Translations under genes and position numbers: made by a program | Notes under the pieces: model-generated | The model's input: only the letters and a program-made list of their open reading frames with translations | Database searches by the model: none | Told to the model about the DNA's origin: nothing | Shown: piece by piece, positions 58,001 through 64,000 of the stretch | Layout of the letters: every line of letters starts with the position of its first letter | Position numbering within the stretch: the stretch's first letter is position 1 | Source: Eledone cirrhosa | Taxonomy: Eukaryota | DNA: 64,000 bases | Reading direction: 5' to 3' | Assembly: GCA_964016885.1 (NCBI GenBank) | Contig: OZ024742.1 | Span: forward strand, 28,954,001 to 29,018,000

Positions 58001-58154
58001 CTTTTAATACATCCCACGTCTTGAGACACATGAGGCAGCCTAATTGCTCCAATGACCACCGATAGTTACATCTATCAATATATCTCACGTCATGAGATAT
58101 ATGAGGCAGCGAAAGGGTTCCTTTGACAACAGTCAGTTGTATCTACCAATACAT
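58001..58154. repeat. Two highly diverged terminal satellite monomers plus a 12-bp partial monomer
   Basis: Monomers 58001-58071 and 58072-58142 keep the 71-bp register but differ from consensus at 11 and 12 positions respectively (manual alignment). Confidence 0.95.
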
Positions 58155-58253
58155 AGTTCTAGCTTTTGTTGACGAGTTTCAGGTCTGTCGAATATCTGCC
58201 GCCTGTTCATCTTTGGACGTCCTCTTCGCCCTTTTCCATGGGGGTACCTGAGG
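58072..58253 (-). mobile_element. 5'-truncated, decayed non-LTR retrotransposon (RTE-clade-like) ORF C-terminus, continuous with the satellite
   Basis: Minus-strand translation gives LRYPHGKGRRGRPKMNRRQIFD, then a frameshift, then DLKLVNKS*NYVLVDTTDCCQRNPFAASYIS*REIY*. This matches the RTE-type C-terminal pattern as I know it (P-x-G-K-R-x-R-G-R-P-x3-W...D-L...W...A-x-D-R-x-x-W...C). Recognition is by eye, with no database search. Confidence 0.8.
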
Positions 58254-58642
58254 TATTACGTCAAAAGTTATACATGCATATGAAATACGCTGTCACTTAC
58301 ACGTTAATTCAACTAGTATGTCGTTCAGTTGATTGATAACTTCGATGGTTACGATCGAAACAGATTGGGATCCATTATAATTTTGGTTATAATAAAAAGA
58401 ATATTCATTGAAGATATTAGATGACAGAATCAGTAGAACGACGGATAAAATTTATGGTATTTAATAAGGTTGTCACCTTCTCTTCTGAGGTAATATACGG
58501 CACGAGGGAGTCGATCGACAAGAACCCGACCTTATTTGATTACCAAGTAGGGTGGAACTCCTCACATCGGACCAAAGAAACAGCGTTTCTTTTAGTCTTT
58601 CATTTGATGATATTATCTACCTGTGAAAACTCCTGGCAGAAA

Positions 58643-58744
58643 GAGCAACGTGAAATAAAGTGTTTTCTCAAGGACATAACGCATGGCCCGATTTGGGAAT
58701 CCAGCTCGCAACCTCTTCTCTAACCATTAAGCTACTCAACTTCA
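58643..58744 (-). mobile_element. tRNA-derived SINE fragment (family A: head plus central domain), degenerate
   Basis: GAGCAACGTGAAATAAAGTGTTTTCTCAAGGACATAAC...CTCTAACCATTAAGC aligns with 61453-61560 and with the reverse complements of 61240-61305 and 62735-62843. Confidence 0.8.
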
Positions 58745-58920
58745 ATACGACATGAAGTCAACTTTATTGGTTCTTGTTATGAAGGTCAATATTAGAAGTA
58801 CATGTCAATTGTTATGAGACGATTAAAGCGCCAACATTTCCTTTCCTGTTGTTGATAGACGGTGGATGTAAGAGAGGCGCTCAAAATATTTGGAGGTATT
58901 TGGATTTATATTTAGTTACA

Positions 58921-59048
58921 TTAGAATGCCGAATAGAATGCTTTGTGGTGTTCGTTCGGGCTCTGATTTCAAATCCTACCCAGATCAACTTTAGCTTTCA
59001 TCCATTCGAAGTCAATAAAAAAGTATCAGTCTAGTACTGGGGTCGATT
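58921..59048 (+). mobile_element. tRNA-derived SINE (family B), degenerate
   Basis: B-box-like GATTTCAAATCC is followed by CAACTTTAGCTTTCATCCATTCGAAGTCAATAAAAAAGTATCAGT...ACTGGGGTCGAT. It is homologous to the reverse complement of 62514-62592. Confidence 0.8.
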
Positions 59049-59059
59049 CTTCCTCTATA

Positions 59060-59225
59060 TCTTTTACTCACACCCATTCTCCTACCCTCTATTCTTCTAT
59101 AGAAGAAATCTGCTGTATTCAGACCTGAAGAAGAAATGGGCTCCATCTGGTTTTAAATGCCCTAGAAAGGCCTATGTCAATACGGAGGCCTTACGACAAC
59201 CCCACCGGGAGCTACGGAGACAAAG
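59060..59225 (+). other. Possible decayed repeat terminus (Penelope-like?) with degenerate hammerhead-like core
   Basis: CTGAAGA at 59125 is followed by GAAAGGCCTA at 59165 and a possible stem I (CTGTATT-CA-GAC / GTC-AATACGG). The core junctions are imperfect and the family assignment is from memory only. Confidence 0.3.
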
Positions 59226-59492
59226 AGAATGATACGTCATCGTTCTGAGATAAAATCTTGTCAACATCGATTTTTTCCCTTTATCTTTGCGGGTTTAGAT
59301 AAAAATTGGATCGAATCAATCAACCTGTTCCCACACACTTTCCTAAAACACACATTTCTTTCATTCAAGGTACTTTTATGGTACTCCTTATGCAGGTAGC
59401 TGAAAACAATTATTTACTCACCTTTCCTTGCCCCCAGGTCATACGAATTGACCCTGCAATAGATTGTATAAAACCCTCAAAAGAACGTATAA

Positions 59493-59541
<49 letters not shown>
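59493..59541. repeat. (ATT)n microsatellite, ~16 units
   Basis: Perfect TATTATT... run, read directly. Confidence 0.98.
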
Positions 59542-59860
59542 GTAGGCATCAAAATAAATATCAACACGCTTTTTCGCACTTCTATGACCTGCTTCCTGAT
59601 CTCTGTTGCATTGAAACTGAAAATTGAAAGAAAACCTAATTTATGTGTAGACAATAACGTTACCTTGTCATATAAGAAAACTGCTGTTTTCTAGCATGCA
59701 CAGATATACGTAGACAGAGAAGAAATAGGAGCTAACCATTCTGACATTGTCATTAAAGATTAGGAAACGTTTTAGAATGCGTGTTTCTCTACCCACCACC
59801 TCACTCAATCTCTCTCGATTTTCCCCTTTTTTTTTCTTACTCTCTCATTCGATCACGCTA

Positions 59861-59888
59861 TCTCTCTCTCTGTCTCTCTCTCTCTCTC
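59861..59888. repeat. (CT)n microsatellite
   Basis: TCTCTC run with one interruption. Confidence 0.95.
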
Positions 59889-59941
59889 ACACTATCGATC
59901 TCTTTCGGTCTCTGATTGAAGAATCATGTCTAACCGACAAA

Positions 59942-60004
59942 AACCACAACAACAATTGCAACAACGACGCCAATAACAGCAACAACAACAGCAACAACAA
60001 AAAC
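59942..60004. repeat. Imperfect (AAC)n microsatellite
   Basis: Run of AAC/AGC/GAC triplets. Confidence 0.9.
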
Positions 60005-60187
60005 TAGAACAAGTAAATCTCAGTGAAAGCAATTGTTGAAATTCTTCAGATACAAAGACCATGAAAATGGAAAAATCGTGAAAATGCAGTGTGTGGACAA
60101 AAGAACGATTCTCATTATCGTAGACCATGTAACGGCAGCAAAACCTGAATCCATGTATAAAAGCAGAACGTTTTCAATAGTGTGTAG

Positions 60188-60645
60188 CTGCTACTATTGT
60201 TGTTGCTGTTGCTGCTAAAAAGCAAAACTGTTATTGTTGTTGTTGATGTTGCTACTACTATTGTTGTTGCTACTAAGAAGCACAACTGTTGTTGTTGCTG
60301 TTGCTATTATTGTTGTTGTTAAGGAGCACAACTGATGTTGTTGCTGTTGTTGTTGCTAAGAAGTGCAACTGTTGTTGTTGCTATTACTGTTGGTGCTCTG
60401 CTGCTATAGTGGTCGTTGCTGTTGTTGCTAAAAAGTGCAATTTTTATTGTTGTTGCTGCTATTGTTGTTGTTGTAGCTGTTGCTGTTAAGTGGGATTGTT
60501 GTTGTTGAGAAGTGCAACTGTTGTTGCTACTGGTGTTATTGTTGTAGAGAAGATCGACTGTTGTTGCTACTGTTGTTATTGTTGTAGAGAAGTGCGACTG
60601 TTTTAGTAGTTGTTACTGTTGTTGCTGTTGTTTTAGAGAAGTGTA
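60188..60645. repeat. Compound minisatellite: ~10 copies of AGAAGTGCAACTG-like motif separated by variable (GTT/GCT)n tracts
   Basis: Motif variants lie near 60215, 60273, 60320, 60357, 60429, 60487, 60507, 60546, 60585 and 60634. Confidence 0.85.
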
Positions 60646-60750
60646 CGTATACTTCTGTGGAATACTATTAATAAGACGGTAATATAACAACAATGCCGGT
60701 AACACCACGTAGCATGTCTACTTTAGGGTTACAGATTGTGGTATGTCAAT

Positions 60751-61087
60751 GGAATAAAGATGGGAAAGAGGAGAGAGAGGAGGGAGGAAGAGAAGAGAGG
60801 GAGCAAAAGAAGAGGAGATACAGAGAGGAGAGAGAAGAGGAGAGAGAAGGGGAGAAGGAAGAGTAGGAGAGAAGGGGAGAAAGAAAAAGGAAAAAAGAGG
60901 AAGAGAAAATGTAAGAGAGGGAGCAGGAAGAGTAGAGGGAAGGCGAGAAAGAGTGGGGGAAGAGAAGTGGATGGGAAAGGGAGGGGGGAAGAGAAGGAGG
61001 GAGAGGGAAAAAAGAGAGGAAGGGAATATGAGGAAAGAAGGAGAGGAAGAGAATGCGAAGAGAAAGAAAAAACGTAAGAGAATAAAA
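60751..61087. repeat. ~335-bp polypurine (GA-rich) low-complexity tract
   Basis: Almost exclusively G/A on the plus strand. Confidence 0.95.
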
Positions 61088-61204
61088 CCAAAAAGCTCAT
61101 TTATCCTCCTACGCACATTTAGGCTAAAAATAAAACGTCTAAAATCTGTCTGGAGACAGAAGGATCGTCAGACTGGTTCTTATCCAGGTTCCGTGAAACA
61201 ACAG

Positions 61205-61309
61205 AATTGGGTGTTGAGTTATTATCATAATGTCGTGGGTTCGATTCCCGAACTGGGTTGTGTGTTGTATTCTTGAACAAAAACACTTTATTTCATGTTG
61301 CCCCAGTAT
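61205..61309 (+). mobile_element. Family A SINE, 5' half (host of a nested insertion)
   Basis: B box GGTTCGATTCCC at 61238, then GTGTTGTATTCTTGAACAAAAACACTTTATTTCATGTTGCCCCAGTAT. Colinear with 62775-62847. Confidence 0.85.
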
Positions 61310-61573
61310 TTTGTTGTTGTTGTTGTTACAGCTCACACCTATGCAGGTTTAGCTGGCCTCCTCCAAGGTATATCTCGTTGGAGGTGCCTTGGGGCTTTTT
61401 AATGATAGGGACCCCAGTCCCTATCATCTGATTTCTACAGATGAGTAAACTGGAGTAACGTGAAATAAAGTGTCTTGCTCAAGGAAACAACACATCACCC
61501 GGTCCGAGAATTGAACTCACAACCTTTCGATTGCAAGCCCAATGCTCTAACCACTAAGCCATATGCCCTCACT
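61310..61573 (-). mobile_element. Apparently full-length tRNA-derived SINE (family A head and central domain, distinct structured 3' part, (AAC)n tail) nested in another SINE
   Basis: The minus strand shows A box TGGCTTAGTGG, B box GAGTTCAATTC, central CCTTGAGCAAGACACTTTATTTCACGTT, three hairpins and an AACAACAAC tail. It is flanked by the direct repeat AGTAT (61305-61309 and 61574-61578). Confidence 0.85.
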
Positions 61574-61676
61574 AGTATACTCAACTGGAAATAAGTACCA
61601 GCAACACCTGGGGGTTTAACCCTGCAATGGACTGCCATATATTCTTAGTGGTGCAACAAATGGAGATCGGTAAAAT
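61574..61676 (+). mobile_element. Family A SINE, 3' half (continuation of 61205-61309)
   Basis: AGTATACTCAACTGGAAATAAGTACCAGCAACACCTGGGGGTTTAACCCTGCAATGGACTG aligns with 62843-62907 of the intact copy. Confidence 0.8.
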
Positions 61677-61719
61677 AAATACTAGATTTGAGAAAATAAT
61701 TTCTGATCTTCAGAATTCC

Positions 61720-61776
61720 TTAAAGCTTGTGCCCCAGCATGACCGCAGTCTAACGACAAACCAATAAAAGGATAAC
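61720..61776 (+). mobile_element. Probable SINE 3'-tail fragment
   Basis: GTGCCCCAGCATGACCGCAGTCTAACGAC...AATAAAAGGATAA resembles a SINE tail I recall from octopus genomes. No second copy in the window confirms it. Confidence 0.4.
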
Positions 61777-62482
61777 AGAGATTTGTTTTCTTCCGGTGTA
61801 GTTCTCTTTCAGGCAATATATTATAATATGAATGTATAAAATCAAGAAACAATTCACTAAAATCTGATATTTTTTGCCCAAACCCTATATATGAAAACTT
61901 TAAAAATATTTTTTGAAAATTCCCTGTATGAGAATACATTAAAAACAATTATTATTCTATGCAGTTGTGCTTGATAAAATCCATCACTTTGAAAAGCAAT
62001 TTGAAAACACGTGTGAAGAGGTCAGCACTCAAAAAACTATTACAAAATATCTCTGTAAGACTACAAAAATATCTAGCGAAGAATAATGGAGAGCTAACAT
62101 ATATAACTGCAGAAGAAAAAAAAATGTATTCTGTCTCCAGGGAAGCCAACAAATACAAAGCAGACTGCAATGACAGATAGTTATGAGTAAAAATGGGAAA
62201 CCACAGAAATTTTGGAAAGGCTTAAATCTGAGATAAAAATGGGCCTACAGAATGCCATGATAAAGTAATGGTGAGACCTGAAAAAACTGAAGAAGGTAGA
62301 AATCGAAGACTGAAACTGGAGGATTGCTGTCTGGGGCACAATATAAAGGGGTTTTCGTTAGAAGCCACTAAAAATATGTCTTGAATCAAAATAGCTGAAA
62401 TATGTTTTTAAAAATTTGATATCATTGGCATGTTCCCAAGGTTGTCACATTAAAATATTTATTGTGAATTACTGTTATAATT

Positions 62483-62668
62483 GTTTCTACTTTTGGCACA
62501 AGACCAGCAACTACCCAGTGCATTACTGGTACTATATTTTATCGACCCCGTAAGAATGAAAGGCAAAGTTAACCTCGGTGGGATTTGAACTCAAAATGGC
62601 AAGGGCCGTAACTCTGTGTCAAAGCATGGCGTCCGACTCTCTACCGATACTGCCAATCCACCGCCCTT
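62483..62668 (-). mobile_element. tRNA-derived SINE (family B), near full length
   Basis: The minus strand begins GGGCGGTGGATTGGCAGTATCGGTAG (A-box-like) and has B box GAGTTCAAATCCC. The body CTTTGCCTTTCATTCTTACGGGGTCGATAAAAT...GTACCAGT is homologous to 58921-59048. Confidence 0.85.
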
Positions 62669-62729
62669 ATAATGTTGACAGAGTTTGAGAAATAAGTCTG
62701 ATGGTCAACATTAAGCCTGCTCAGTCTCG

Positions 62730-63016
62730 TTGTGACCTAATGGTAAGAGGGTTGAACATGCGATCAAAATGTAGTGGGCTCGATTCCTGGACTGGGTTGA
62801 GTGTTGCATTCTTGAGCAAAACACTTCATTGCACGTTGCTCCAGTATAGTCACCTGAAAATGAGTACCAACAATAGCTGGGGCGAGAGTTAACCCTACTG
62901 TGGACTGGTGTCCTGTCCAGGAGAGAGTCTTGTACTTTCAGTCTATTCACGTCACGGAAACCGGGATAAGCATCAATCTGACGAGCCTCCAGGCTTCAGA
63001 CAGACTTTAGATCTTT
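62730..63016 (+). mobile_element. tRNA-derived SINE (family A), near full length
   Basis: A-box-like TGACCTAATGGTAAG, B-box-like GGCTCGATTCC, central TTCTTGAGCAAAACACTT...CACGTTGCTCCAGT, and a 3' part TGGACTGGTGTCCTGTCCAGG...CGGAAACCGGGATAAGC...CAGACTTT. Homologous copies exist within the window. Confidence 0.85.
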
Positions 63017-63781
63017 AATCTAGCCTTAGATTTTGTAGATTCTGTGATAACTATATGTTAAATGTTTTTAAACACTCTGTATATGGAGATAGGGAAGGAT
63101 AAAATATCACATTTACTCTTGTTGTCTATTTTTCTTGGCCTAAAGAAAATACATCTACAAGAACGACAAGACAAGAGCTTTCATAGACTACGTTATGCAA
63201 TATTATGAAATATTGCAACAGAATAAAGGTTAAGCATACACCACAAACGTTTTAAGAGATTACCACATCGACTATAAACAGCAGTATGAAAATGTAGCAA
63301 TGCCGTGAGTAAGGGAAATTAAAGGTAACCTGCCAGAGTTATTATCCAGGTAAATCAGGTAAGAAATTGTCTCCTATCAGGGCCAACAGACAATGTCTTG
63401 CTTTATATTTGACAATAATAATCGAACTCATAATAGGGAACACTAGACGGCAACAGTATGGAGTTATATAGCTCATAATGGTTATATATATATATGTACA
63501 CATTCGTTTTTGAATTTGTTTTGCGAGACTTATCTGAAAACGTGTGTTGAAGCAGATATTGTTATACTTTGGGAGGGTCATGTTGCCAATAAAAACACGC
63601 GCACCTGTTTGTTTTCACTTCAATTATTATAAATTTCCGGTTGGCTGGTTGGTTCGATAACGGGAAGGCTGCTTATATATTGTCAAAGCTCTTTCGTCAC
63701 ACATTCTGAGACCTCCTCAGTGACTAGGTTTTTATTTTTTATCTTGTGTCTCTCTCCTTTGTCCTGTCGTACGCCATCTTC

Positions 63782-63941
<160 letters not shown>

Positions 63942-64000
63942 ATACATATATAAACATACATATACCGCAATGTGGTAAAATAAATATATACACACACAAA

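Larger units (their letters stand above)
1..58154. repeat. 71-bp tandem satellite array, ~819 monomers, extends beyond left edge of window
   Basis: CTACCAATAC recurs at 1, 72, 143 and onward. The last start is at 58143 = 1 + 819x71 - 7. This fits the 8 single-base deletions (~161, 16873, 29575, 33053, 36318, 46905, 56773, 57250) and 1 insertion (~23230) that I located. Interior monomers usually differ from consensus at 0-4 positions. Confidence 0.99.

Noticed and set aside
1-58154. CRISPR array (regular repeats with a hairpin)
   Set aside because: There are no unique spacers, since the whole 71-bp unit repeats. No cas genes are present and the flanks are eukaryotic.
60722-60731. TTAGGGTTA telomere-like word
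   Set aside because: It is only about 1.5 units, which is expected by chance.
59306-61276. ORFs with poly-I/L/C/N and E/K/R-rich translations
   Set aside because: They are translations of microsatellites and the polypurine tract.
61402-61427. TCCCTATCA resembles a tetO half-site
   Set aside because: The half-sites are in the opposite arrangement to tetO and lie within a SINE hairpin, so this is coincidental.
61490-61572. Functional tRNA genes at the A/B-box motifs (also 62580-62668 and 62730-62790)
   Set aside because: They are degenerate tRNA-like heads fused to SINE bodies and lack an intact cloverleaf.
61959-62180. 73-aa K-rich ORF as a possible exon or TE fragment
   Set aside because: It has no recognisable domain and is AT-rich sequence with overlapping antisense ORFs. 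It cannot be supported without a search.
62978-63000. CTGACGA followed by a GCC/GGC stem, hammerhead-like
   Set aside because: No GAAA follows the stem. It is part of the SINE 3' tail.

Overview
This is eukaryotic, gene-free DNA, probably from an animal. The SINE families resemble repeats I recall from octopus/cephalopod genomes, which is an unverified inference. Positions 1-58154 are one head-to-tail satellite of a 71-bp monomer (consensus CTACCAATACATCCCACGTCTTGAGACACATGAGGCAGCCAAAGTGGTCCAATGACCACAGTCAGTTGTAT). There are about 819 monomers, and the array is open at the left edge of the window. It is organised into layered, irregular higher-order repeats of 3 to about 108 monomers. The most striking observation is at the right boundary. 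On the minus strand the flank encodes a decayed RTE-type LINE C-terminus (YPHGKGRRGRPKMN-RQIFD/DLKLVNKS*NYVLVD...), which runs in frame into the satellite. The monomer itself reads W-DVLVDTTD(R/C)GHWTTLAASCVSRRGMY, so the array appears to be an amplification of the last ~71 nt of a LINE ORF, with its birth site preserved. The remaining ~5.8 kb holds tRNA-derived SINEs (one nested inside another with a target-site duplication), microsatellites, a compound minisatellite and a polypurine tract. No credible protein-coding gene, CRISPR array or functional RNA gene was found. The supplied ORFs are repeat or low-complexity artefacts.
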